Positions 14,512 through 27,341 of a DNA stretch of 64,000 bases are shown piece by piece. The stretch is from Azolla caroliniana. Taxonomy: Eukaryota; Plantae; Polypodiophyta. The notes below the pieces were generated by a model. It was not told where the DNA came from. It saw only the letters and a list, made by a program, of their open reading frames with translations, and ran no database searches. Numbering within the stretch: the stretch's first letter is position 1; each line of letters opens with the position of its first letter. The stretch spans positions 15,624,001-15,688,000 of the forward strand of contig JBHGNT010000013.1 of NCBI GenBank assembly GCA_043228905.1, written 5' to 3'. A program made the position numbers and the translations under genes.

Positions 14512-14542
<31 letters not shown>

Positions 14543-17500
14543 CATACAAGTGGGTAACGACTTTAATAGCCATGCTCTACTCGCCGAGCCTCCTCTTCCT
14601 TTGAGTCATGTGTCAAAAAGTTGGTTTGCGCTAAAGGATTGCGGTAGAATCTCTCTTACGGGTGTTTTTTTACAGCATTCATGTACAGCGGAAGAGCGAG
14701 AGGGTGAAGGTGAGGGTGAGGGAATCTTGTGTCAAAAGTTGTTTTGCTTTTATTGTAGAAATTGCATTGTGCTTTTGGAAGTCCTTTGTTTGTGTAAATC
14801 TTTGAAATGAGTGACCTTTGAAGTCAAGCATTCTAATGGATGTATCTATGTGTTTAGATTAAAGGCACACTCATTACTAGTGGAAGTACCTTACGATAAT
14901 CGCACGCCAAAAACTACACAATATTCACTCTTGCACCCATGGTTGAATGTGTGAAGACATTCACTCTCCTTTTTATCATCCCCCTTCATCATGTGTACCA
15001 CCGTCGCACAACGTAAATACAATTATTTTTACTTTAGAAATCCACACTCAACAAAGCCTCATTTTTTGACTATCTAGAATACAGTCCATTGATCTGTGTT
15101 TAGTTGCTTTTAGAAAATTTCAATGTAGAGAATTGTACACCTACGTAAATGGTCTTACATCAATCTCTTTGGAAGAAGGGATGTGTAAAAAGTTATAACA
15201 TGCATGTTATAACTTATGTATATGTATCTTTATGGAATAACTTAAGCTCTCTCTCTTTCTCTCTCTCTCTCTCTAACAATGAAAGCCATAGTGTGTAAGT
15301 AGTTAACCTTTATAGAGATCTACCTTTAGGCTTCCATTGCTTGGGGCAACTAATTAACATGTTTCTTGGGCTATGATCCATCACATTTTTTTAAAGTAAT
15401 GCAAGATGCTTGTTTTTTTAACTAAGAAATTGTCTATTTATCATATTCTCAAGCCTTGATTTGGATGACCCATCGATTCATTTTTTTTTTAAATTGATAT
15501 TTAAATATCCCTGACCTTATGTTCATATAAACCAAATGTTGCCGCCTCCCCACCAAATGTAGTCAATCGTAATCATAATGTTGATTATGAATACAAAATA
15601 CATGGTGCAATAATTTTTTTAAGTCTATTGTTTGTTATGGCAAGGGCACTTTTGTCATTTTGGATATACCCCTTTTTCCTTGGTGAACATCTTATTCAGG
15701 TGACATGTCCATGCTGAATTTCAAGAGAGAATAACACAATCTCAGCCAACTAGATGATTCAAATGTAGAGATCCCAAATTATTAGTCACCCAATCTTAGA
15801 AGCTCTTTTGTTAGCCTTAAAAAAGATGATTGTATTTTATTTTGTTTTTATTTGCATATTATTTGTTTTCTCAAAACAACAAATTTTAAATATAATGCAT
15901 TAAACAAATATTGGAGATTGGTTGCTTACCAAACAAACTATGGAAAGAAAGCTACAAATTTAAGTATTTGCAAAGAGTGTTTGGTTTCTAGCACTCAAAT
16001 GCTAAATGTACTAAGTATATTGTATCACATCAAGGTTTGTAATTTTAGATTAGTACTATTGTTGAGGTTCATGGCATGTTCTTATCGATTAGTCCTCATT
16101 AATTGCTCAGTGTGTCATTGATGTTGCTTCTTGATTGTGGGCGGCGTCACATGATTATTATAATATTGTTCACATACACTAATTGCATATGACGACATGG
16201 CATTATCACGATTGATTTTCCACATACAATTGCATTTATAATCATATTGTGATTCATCATCCATCCATTTGTCATCGTTTACATAGAGTTTTATTGGCAC
16301 TTGACAAGACTTGTACTATGCAATTTTCATTTGGTTTTGAAAATAAATTGCACTAACAATATTTGGAAATAGAGCTTCTATTGTTTATATCTATTTTGTT
16401 TTTCTAGTGCACATGCATATTTTCCTTTGAAGAACAATAATACACTATGCATTATCTTGAACAATAATGAAACAATACAATTGACAAGGCATGATTTTAC
16501 AATTTTAGAAGCATGAAGCAATTGAATGCGTACAAGAGTTTACACAGTTGCATTAACTTGTTATTAGTAGCGAAATAAACAAATCAGGCATTACAAATAG
16601 ATTCACCTAACCTAAGAAAAATGCATACATGGATAACGTGATGGACATTACAGTAACTAATGAATATCTCCTTTTGTTACTTTTCATGTGAGGCTCGTGA
16701 AAGATAAATTACATTGTTCCCGAGCGATAACAAGCAATGAATCATAAATATTATACTCATGTTTGGCATTTTATGGTTCTCAATTCAAGTTTTAAGACTA
16801 AACAACTCTAAAGACATATATAATATATATGATGTCTTGTTTGAAAGTGCAAATTAATTGTACGCCTTCATGAACCAATGTAGCGAATGTTCTAGTCATG
16901 TGATTGAGGTTAACTCGATGATAGTAAGCTTAGGAGTAGATACACACGATGTCTTGTTTGGAGTGATGCCAAGTTGTACACAGGAATCTCACACACTACC
17001 AGAGGAATATAATCCATCCACACTTAAAGAGGAGTGAAGCAATTGGTTCCGTACAAAACTCTTTTTTTGTTGCACAATGAGTATTCAATGCACTCCAACA
17101 AATGGAAATACCTCTCCATCAAATGTTGGGCCTCCATTGTAGGAATTAGTTTCGCATGCAAATGACATAGGCCTCCACATTAAGGACCATCTATTGTTTC
17201 ATGATTAAATTCTTATGTTTCTTTCAATTCCATTTTTTTGCATCAATGAATATCTAAGGCATCTGCACATGCATGCTTATGTGTGGTAGAGTTAGAGCAC
17301 CTCTTTAATGTCATGGAGGGTTGTTGTCTCTAGTGATCAACATGAAAGTGCGAATGAATGCATATATGAGTGCTTTGTGTTAAATTTGGTATATTTATTA
17401 AATTGGTCATTATTTGCACATGTGAAATGTTTATATATGCACTGTTGTGTGAAAACTTCATCCTTGTGAAAATGATTTCTTCATTTTTTTGTGTTTTGTG

Positions 17501-20044
17501 AATTGGTAATGTTTCCATTGGGACTCTCAAGGGACAACTTAACCATCATCACTCGGCCAAATCATGTAGGCCAATCTACATCAGCCATGTGGGCTAGCAT
17601 CATAAAGCTAGACATAACCAAAGTGTGTATGCATGAGACTTAAATACAAGCAAGAAGGACCTTACAAATTGTGAGTACTCAAGTTGCATGTTGAATAGTT
17701 ATGGTCCTTGAATTTGACTGATCAAGGTTCAATGCAACGACCAAAATACAAAGTTAAAAACATGTATTTATCTACTTGCTGCCTTGTCCAAGCCAAGAAT
17801 TCCACTCTTGTAAAGTTTTTGTAAATGCCGAAATTACAGATGGAGTTTACACTTTTACATGTAGTTCAAACATAACTTTATGGATCTACTTAAAATTGCT
17901 ATTTTTTACCATTTTCTGAGGAGCTAAACTCGAGGACTAGTAAGAAAGCATGAAGCATAAAAGTCATTACATTAGAGAGAAGAAAAGGAAGGGACAAATC
18001 AATAAATGATGGAGATCATTACATGCTAAATCTTAACATTGAGAAATAAATATCCTTTATGCACACATAAGCATATATGACGAATGATCCCTATTAATTG
18101 CTCTCTCCTAATCTCTATCATTCTCATCACTTTACAAGTCATCAATACATATCTGACAAACATTCAAATACTCTATAGTGTCCTTAGTGGTTTCATTTTG
18201 TTTTTTTTCCTACTAATGGATATTTTCCAACTTTGATTTCTTGTAAACTTGCCTTTCCTTCAAATTTGATTTATTGTTCCTTTCATGGGAATATCATTGG
18301 GTCCACCCAATTAATAAGTAGTGACATATAAGAATTTCTCCTCCTTTTAAGGTATTATTATTATTTTCTTCACAACAAAGATATAGCTATAATATTCCAC
18401 GAAAGTTTTTATAGTATATTCATATACAACTTTGAAAATGTAGTGCAGAGGCCATGATCCATCCAACTATATTTAGTTTCTCAAACATTTAAAGCACTTT
18501 TGAGATGGATCTAGTTGAGTGTAGAAACAAAATCCCATTAACATTTCTAATTCATTTTCAATAAGTTTGTCATTCATGCAAATAAAAACAAAAAAAGAAA
18601 TGGACATTCCAAAATCTTGTTCATGCAAACAAAAGCAAAAGGAAATGTAGCCTACTTATAAATATTTCTATAGTGTACTTTTGCCTCAACATTGTAAGAG
18701 GATATTCCACCTCTTTACATATACTCTCCATGTATACTTGGTAAGATGGTCTCTTTCATTTTGGGAGATAACACACTAATATTAATTGCATGTGGAAAAC
18801 TCCAAAACGCTGCAACTAAATTTATTCACCATGCCATTGACAGTAGAACATATTCAAGTGCCAACATGCAAGCACTTTAGAATGTCCTCTTATTACTCCA
18901 CTCAGTGCACAATTGGTTCTTTGCATGAGATGACGTTATTTAGACGGTATTATGCTTCCGCCCACAGTTTTATTCACAATGATGCTATTTTTATTTACAT
19001 GCAACTACACACGTGTGACCTCAACAATTAATCTAACTAGAAGAAAAAAACTCCACATTCCATTGCAATATCCTCCCACACTAGGTGTTTTTATGTTAGC
19101 TGAAAATATATTAGAAAAACCAGTGCTTCACTCACAGCAACATAGTACATACATATCTCTGACACTATAATGCACAAGCTCCATGTCTAGAGGATTCTGC
19201 CAAGAATTCTGCCACTACGCCTTGGTTTTTATTTTGTGGCAAAAAGCCTTGACCATACATACCTCTATCATTATAATGCACAAGGTCTAAATCTAGAGGG
19301 ACATCAAAACCAACCCACAATGAATTCTGGTAATCAGCCTTGTTTTTTAATCTTGGAAATGCTCAATAATATTTAAGATGTACAAGGTCTAAATCTAGAG
19401 GGACACAAAACGAAGCTAGGCTGAAATGATAAACTAATTCTATTAATTATTCCAACAATTCTATTTCCTAATGTGCATTAATATCTCTAAAACCTTCTAA
19501 TATGATCAAGCATGAATTTCAAATGTCATCATTGTTGACCTAGGGTACCTCTATTATGAGTAGATAGATATGGGAATATTAACACTATAAAAGCTAATCA
19601 AATTTTAAACATTCAAGAAAAAATCAATCATTCACAAATGAGCAATCAAATGGGCCACTGTTCCCTCTTCAGGCTCTTCATTTTACCACAAGCACAGGAC
19701 GTCCACCGAAAAATTAGAATAAAGCAAACACATAGTAAACATTCACTACATTTCCAGGATATACTATGTCTCAAGTGGAGAAACAAATGTAGAAGAGAAG
19801 CACAATCAGCAGAGCACTATGACATTTATGTTTAAGAAGAGAAAGGCTTAAAAAGGCATTCCAAGCTGTGTATACAGCCAAAATGATCCATTACCCTCAT
19901 CAGACATGTTTTTTATCATGACGATACAAAACTCATTGATTTTATCCAACGGAGAAATAATTCTCTTAAAACTACCCTATGTCATAAATAATAGATCTAG
20001 CTTAAGCCAAAAAAACGCATCCAAAAAATCCCTGAATTGTGTAG

Positions 20045-21783
20045 CTAGGCATAATTAAGCCGGAATATGTCATTATTGACATAAAAGCTACCTTGAGGAG
20101 TGGGCAGCAAATGGAACATCTGTAGTAAATACAAAATCTCAATTAGACAAAATACTAAAAATGCTTCACTCTTCTCAAGCATTTCTCAAATCCAAAAACC
20201 ACAATAATGGATTTCAAAAAGGTTCACAAAAGATAACAATGCTTCTCAACAGGACAGGACTCACCATGGAAGAGAAATTGCTTAAACTTCAGCATTCACT
20301 GACCTTTTACTACTGGCTTTTGGCTTGGTGGTTTACATTAGCATCAAAGTAAAATGGAGAGAACCTGTTTACTTCCATTGGCTATGCCCTGTCTCACAAA
20401 TCGCAATTGATCCCCCCGTGGTCATAAACACATATTTATCTGTCTACTACATGTGTTCTATATTCTACAGGAACATTGACAACGCCTCACGTTCAAAACT
20501 GAAAAATGCTTTTGTCAGACATGCATTGCCAGTATTTAAAACCTAGAATGGTCAGAAGGAACTCTAGAGAGCGGTTATGATGCAATGCAAAAGAAAACTT
20601 CTGTAACTAGAGATAATGTAAAGCTTAAAATAACATAGCATTGAAGCCTCTGGTGAAAAATCAAATGGAATGATGACAAGAAACAAAACCATACCATCCT
20701 CGGCCATACACAAAACCTCATTTTGCATATAAAAACTTAAATTAAACCACATATATCTCTGCAATATCCAGTAAATCAAATGCAAAAGATAGCATGTGCA
20801 ATTTACAACTGACAGAATGTAAAGCCTAGAAAGACAGGAAGCAAGACAACTATGCTGTTCCCAGTAATGCGATGGAGGACCAAGACAAGGTGATAGAACA
20901 CCTTCAATGTCATAAAGAAGATAAATCTAGTGCACTGTACAACCCTTCTAAATTTTGATTTTTCAACAGAGTTCGTAACTAGAACAGAAAGAGGCAGAGA
21001 CATTGCTCATCCTCTCCCCATCTCTCTCACTTTCTCCTTCTCAACTTCTGTTGGCCACAGTCTAAAGCCTAGAATGAGGAAAACGAGGCACCATGCAATT
21101 CCCAGCACAAGAGAGAGAGATATGTATAGAGATGCAAAAGCCTATAAATTTCATCAGAGCTAGTACAGCATACTAGCTTAGCCTACATTCATAGTCATAG
21201 CCTACAAGAGAGAGATATAGCGATGCAAAAGCCTATGAAATTCATCAGAGCTACTACAGCATACTAGCCTAGCCTACATTCATAGTCATAGCCTACAAGA
21301 GAGAGAAATAGAGATGCAAAAGCCTATGAATTTCATCAGTGCTACTACTGCATGCTAGCTATGCCTACATTCATAGTCATTCATAGACTAGCACATGGCA
21401 CACATGCATTCAAGATGGCCTACCACATAGTTCAAACTTCATATGCATACATATACATTTACATAAAAAGGCATGGGAAAGAATACCTGGCTGAACTTGA
21501 GGGGGTGCTCCTCGCCGGGGAGCTGCATATTGCCACTGACGAAGACGAGCATGCCGCCGCCGGGGCCGGAGGGCTGGCAATCGATGGTGGAGACGTGGTG
21601 CTTGCACTGCTGGAAGGAGAGGCCCGTGAGCTTGGCCACGATGCTGGGGCCGCCTGCGAACTTCTGGCCCTCGAAGGTGAGCATGGATGCGTCCTGGTAC
21701 AGGGAGGCAAGCGCAGACCTGTTGGAATCGAAGATGGAGTAGTAGTGCTCTACGAAGGCACGAGCGACCTGGTCCGGATCCAT
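20045..21783 (-). CDS. NTF2: Nuclear transport factor 2, 2 exons, ~123 aa
   Basis: Exon 21783-21487 encodes MDPDQVARAFVEHYY..SMLTFEGQKF..HPLKFSQ. Exon 20119-20045 encodes MFHLLPTPQGSFYVNNDIFRLNYA*. The intron is GT-AG. Confidence 0.95.
21105..21385. repeat. Three ~90-bp tandem units in the NTF2 intron
   Basis: GATGCAAAAGCCTATGAAATTTCATCAG..GCCTACATTCATAGTCAT recurs at ~21131, ~21222 and ~21313. Confidence 0.85.
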
Positions 21784-21934
21784 ACTATCTTAGAAGAAGC
21801 AGAAGAAGAAGGAGGAGGAGGAGGAGGCGACCTCTCTTCCTTCCTTTCTTTCTTTCTTTCTTTCTCTTTCCCTTCTTCGATCGAAAGGTCGACAGGCCGA
21901 CCTCACTCTGCAAACAGACGAACCCCCCTCCCCA

Positions 21935-22075
21935 AAACCCTAATTTCCTGCGGATCACTGGAGTGAAGCAAAACCCTAGGCCAAGCTGTGTCTTGCCTCT
22001 TGCTCTGTATCTCTCTCTCAGTACATATATAGTTCTGTTGTCATTTTTACATTGTTCAGTTTATTCTTGGGCCCC
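21935..22075 (-). promoter_or_regulatory. Telo-boxes and site II motif upstream of NTF2
   Basis: AAACCCTA at 21935 and 21971, and TGGGCC at ~22068. This pairing is known in plant housekeeping and translation gene promoters. Confidence 0.5.
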
Positions 22076-22085
22076 CCACGGGCCA

Positions 22086-22139
<54 letters not shown>

Positions 22140-23865
22140 AAGAGAAAGATATATTAACGTCTTCTAAGACCAAAATTGGCCCATGAGAGAGAGAGTGCGT
22201 GTCGCGCCACACTTTGCCAAATATGCCTATGAGAAGGTTGAGTCATTTTAATGGGAGCAAGAAAATGAAGCTTTGTCTCATCTTGAGGTTCGGGAAAGCT
22301 TTAGACCATCTCGAAATGAAACCTTACACAGCATGTATTGATATATTTAAAGTTTGTATACCATTGTAAAATCTTTGAAATTTCGTGGGTACTAGCATTC
22401 ATACGTTTAAGTATCCTAATGTCGGCGTGTCATTCTTTTAGGGGAGGACGACTGTTATAAGCATGAAATAACTTTGAAAGTTGAATGTGCAATGCAACAA
22501 TCAATGTAATGGTGTTGTTTAATGAAACTTCCCACAAGGAGACCCTATAAAGTATTGGTCAAAGATGGGACAACTTGACACATAACAAATACCGATAATG
22601 GCTTAAGAGAGAGCTAAGCAAACCGACAACTTTGTACAAAGCATAAGAAGGTTAATGTTAAGCAGCTTTGATAAGACAGAGGAGGATATCATCTTCCAAA
22701 ACAAATAGATGTGAGTTGCAATCTTCAAAAGTCAATGTTGTTAAGAAGTTACACTAGATTCTAAAGCATCTTAAAAGTCTTCACATGAGTGGGACACTAC
22801 AAATATGCACCAACTTATTCTTAAATAGATGTTGTTGCTGATGGAACTCATGAACTGCTTGTGAAACATTGGATGCAAGTTCAAACACAAATATAAAAAT
22901 ACATAAATAGTAGGCCTTGTAATGAGATGTGATTCTAGAAATCAAAGATGTATAGTCATAAAAGCTCAAGAACCCCTAGAAAATCTAAGAGAGATGAAAT
23001 ACAAGATGAATCTCTATGGATGTTGGTACTTGGATACGATAAACAATAAGTTTGCACAACCAAAAAGTGCCTTCTTGATGACCTCTGAGGAACCTTCACC
23101 AAATTACAAACATCACATGCATGTTATCTTTCAAAACGAGAGCAATATTAGATTTCACACTCATTTTGAGATGTTTTGGGCCATGATAAGGATGGCAACA
23201 ATAAACCTTCACAATATTCCATGCATCATCAGTACACAATCTTTCTAACATATAGCATACTGGATACTACATTCACCTCGCGATGTTCTACCCAACACAA
23301 CACAAACACCAATAACATATGGGCATATGAAAGCCTCTACAAGACACCTTTAATGAAAATCAATCCACCATTCTATCTCAAACATTCAAGAAGATATCAA
23401 ATGTGCAAAATTGTTATGATATCGGTCTATCTCAAATGAGTTTCAGTTCTTTGTAGATCTGTATGTTTTCTCGGTATCCTTCTACTGGCATTTCATTCAA
23501 CAGTTATTCATGCATAAAAGTTAGCAATTTGAAGAGTAAACTTTTTACCCTCGCATTTACATATGTCATGCATAGACAGATCTATACAGCACTCTGGAGA
23601 AGAGAGATAACCTTGTGGAATCTCCACTATCATGAATTTCTGGTATAGAATGATAAGGGAGGTTTTTCTTGTAGACCCATACAGCATTTACAGATATATA
23701 AGCGGAAAACCCTATGGCACTTTGTTTATAATTTTTAGTAGGAAAGATTTATTGAGTAAAATAAATGCATCCCTCCAATTTTAGAAGGACTAAAAATGGT
23801 TCCCAAATATAAAAGATGCTAGTGGCATGAAGCTACCTACACCTTCTCTGGGGAAGAGCATATAT

Positions 23866-26800
23866 TCATAATTCAGAGGTGATTTCTTGAAGAATGATCA
23901 GCAATGAGTCTAGACCTTTCATAAAATTCTCATCAACACCATCAGGCCCTGTGAAAACATGTGCAAAGTCTACCATCTTCACTGACGCACAAACATCGTG
24001 ATTCTGGCTCTCATACAGCAGTAAGATAGAACTCGAGAAGAAATGATAGTTTCTCTGTGTTTTGAACCTGTAAAACAAATAGAAATATTCGAACGTTCAT
24101 GGAAACACTTAACAATAACCAACCAAACCAATAACATAAAACTGAGGAAGAAAATCTTGCCAATCTCTCAAATCATTAAGCTGACTGATTATCCCACATG
24201 ATCCTCCATATACCAGAGGTGCTAAGGCTGCATCAGGATCAAGACTTAATGGATCAGAAGATACAAATTGCTTTAGGGTGACCTTTACTGTTTCGGCATT
24301 CAATGTTTTGCACCAATTGCGATCAGGCTTCCAAGTTACTCCATTGCTATGTACCTGCCAAAGTGCAACTTCATCAAACTATTTGTTTCTACAATATTTA
24401 TTGGATGACGTGTCCTGAGAGAGAGAGAGAGGCAGAAAGAAAGAAATATATTATTTATACACAAAATGCCAGGCATTTTCGAAGGCATAGTTGATGCAAC
24501 CATCACATACAGAGGAGTACAATCAAGCACATAAAAACACTAATAAAAGACTATGGTCTTATGAAGCTTTAGTTATAGTATTGATGTGGATATTAATGAA
24601 GCTCTGATGCTGCCATCAAGAGAAAAGAAAGGTGTGTACTAATGTCCAAAATAGACCCTGAGATTCGACAAATGATTACAATTGAAAATGTTCTCAGAGT
24701 CATCAAAGAGAGAGAAACAGCAATACAGATACACAATCCAAATGAGTGTAGCTCAGATGGTAAGATTGTACAGCAAAGACCAAATGGTCATGCTTTCAAC
24801 CCGTACATTTCACTGTGGTATTCAATCAATTGGAGAAGTTAGTAAGAGTTCAATGGTGCATGGATTTACAAAAACACAAATTACCACTCAGAAAATGAGA
24901 CAGAAAAACAATGAAGATACACAAAATACACCACTTTGTATTAATCTTAGTGAAAGACCTTAATGCCAGTTAAAAACCCACAAAGGCTAATGTAGTAGAG
25001 GTCTATTCACACATGAAAAAAAATATGCTTTAAAATACCTGTAAACCTGAAATTCGAAAGCCAAGGACCTGGGAAGTGCTCTCTGCATCCTTCTCTCTGG
25101 ATCATTCACAGCATAGAACCCTTTAGATCTTTGATTTCTCCTACTTGTTTTGCCAAAGTTAAGAAGACACTAAATTATATATATCATCCTCTCAAATGCA
25201 TCACAGATCAATCAGACACCATACATCTTGGGCCTAGACCCCCATTTTCACCTACCTTTGAAACGGCAAAGCCAACCAAGAGAATTTGGATTCTATTGAA
25301 AGAATTAAACTTAAAATATGACCTTCTGTTGTAAATATTAGGCATCAGCGAGAAAAGCAGCTTCAAATTATGAGGAACGCATGTCCACATCCATAGGGGT
25401 GCAGTCCTATGGTTGAATTTAGGTGAAGTAGTATTGAAAACGCTACTTTTTTCAGGGAATTTATAAAATTGATGTCGTAATTACATAGTTCATAAGTTTT
25501 TCTTTCTCTTTATCAAAACCCTTGTTTTTTCCAAACCAACCTTTTCTTGAATCTTATCCTTTCTTCCCACATTTTTCTGCAGCATTTTCTCATTCTTTTT
25601 CCTCATTATAACTTCAAAATTCACAACTCCACTACTCATTTTCTCCCCTTTAAATCATCATAGTGAAGGAAAGAAGCACCACATAGGACTGATTCAAGTT
25701 TAGCACTGGGGGCAGCTGGCCGCATAGCGAGAGCACTCTAGTTAGCTAAAGTGATTGTTTACAACAAACCCCAAGAGGAAATGATAGTGATATTGTTATG
25801 TTTGTTCAGTCATAGAATGATCAATAAAACTATTAGTAAGATTCTGGATATTTTGAAATTTACAACTACTTTCAAATTCCAGGATCCTACTAATAGTTTT
25901 ATTGAGTAGAATTTGAAAGTATAATTGGGTGTTTATTGAGTAGAATTTAAAAGTGCATTGGGTGTCATTTTGGCATGAAGATCGTAAGGACTTTCTTGTG
26001 GTCAGGATTAGCACATGAGTAATCTACGGTGCCTAACATTGATTTTACCAACTAAGGGTCCTGTTATTTTCTTGGCTTTGACATTTATCAATGCTTGAGA
26101 CAAAGTGAGAAGGGCTCTTGTTTTCTCAGCAGAAGTAATGCATGAGAAATCTTGCAACTCAAAATGTGGTGTTGACCTATCTATATTCCAACAGATTCAG
26201 AGATCAATCATTCAATTATCCCCAAAGTTCATAATACCACTTACTGCACCAGGTAGTAGTAACCTACCCTCATGAATTGTTTGGACATCTATTTCTGTCA
26301 GTTTGCGCAATTCTTTCTGCTCTGAGACCAACAAAGGAAACCAACAAATTCATGAAAGTGCACCTACTAGAGATGTTTAAGCTTAGGTTCTAATCCTATT
26401 TCTTGGAGAGATAAGCAGAACCAAAAAAAATCTTTCTTAACGACAAAAACTAAGTGCAAAGCTGTCTGGAGCTGTATAAATGCATTGTGAAGCTATATGG
26501 CATAGTTAATGCATGATATCTGACCCTACTTGGACTCTCTCTCTCGTGTGATGGAAAATCTACATTGGAGATTATATAGTTCGTCATTACAAAATAACAA
26601 TGGACTAGAAACAAGAAAACTTACAAGCATTTCGCGACATATGCATCACTCGCTCCAGGGTACCATGTCTTCTCTCCCATCTGCTATAGAGAAAGCATTT
26701 ATTTTCTCCATTATATTTTGAAATGATAATTGTTAGAATTTATCGAATAAGAACCAAATAGAAGATTGAGAGAAAAACAATGGTGACCTTGATATCCATG

Positions 26801-27341
26801 ACAGATGGATGCTGATATTTGTACGTTAAATCTTCAAGGATGACATGATGTTCTTTTAATATTAAGGAACCAATAGAGAAATGGAACAGACAAAAAACTA
26901 TTATGTAGTTTTCTAGGGCAAAAAAATTACTATAGAGGGACATGAATCTACTTTCAAGTACCCAAGAAGTACCACAAATGTTTTAGATTATCTAGGATAT
27001 CAATGAGCCCAGTTCCATCAGAAGCTTCGATCTGTGATGTTCCATAGTAAAAAGGAAAAACAGACTTCACAGAGACAGGTATACTCTCATCAGTCCAAAA
27101 ACACTCATAGAATTTTTTCTCTCTTGATCCTCTCTCACCATCCTGCAAAGGTTTGTAAAACCTCCCCGAACCATCCACGAGAGGTCCAAGTTTCCCAGCT
27201 GCAGAAAAGGCAAACGTTTTTTGTGCTCTTAACATATACAGGAAGAAAAAATAACATCTGGTTCAAATTCCTTTTTTGCTTTCTTGGAATCTTACCTCCT
27301 GCAACATGACCAGCAACTTGATGCACCGCAGGTTTAAACAT
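23866..27341 (-). CDS. IPK2: Inositol polyphosphate multikinase (IPK2/IPMK family), 7 coding exons
   Basis: Exons: 27341-27296, 27198-27001, 26849-26788, 26680-26625, 25096-25039, 24354-24161, 24067-23866. Motifs: HQVAGH, LEDL..PSVMDIKMG (PxxxDxKxG), GFRISG, SSILLLYE and MVDFAH. The model needs one AT-AC and one GC-AG intron. A 5'UTR intron at ~27644-27346 is probable. Confidence 0.92.
26850..27000 (-). other. U12-type (minor spliceosome) AT-AC intron in IPK2
   Basis: 5' splice site ATATCCTAG, branch site TTCCTTAAT (26869-26861) about 10 nt before the terminal AC. Splicing restores the frame GLI-D-HVILEDL. Confidence 0.88.

Noticed and set aside
14800-19900. Hidden gene or ncRNA between OTU and NTF2
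   Set aside because: Only short AT-rich ORFs and minor local repeats; no supportable feature.
21352-21966. 204-aa plus-strand ORF and other overlapping ORFs
   Set aside because: Antisense shadow of the GC-rich NTF2 exon 1.
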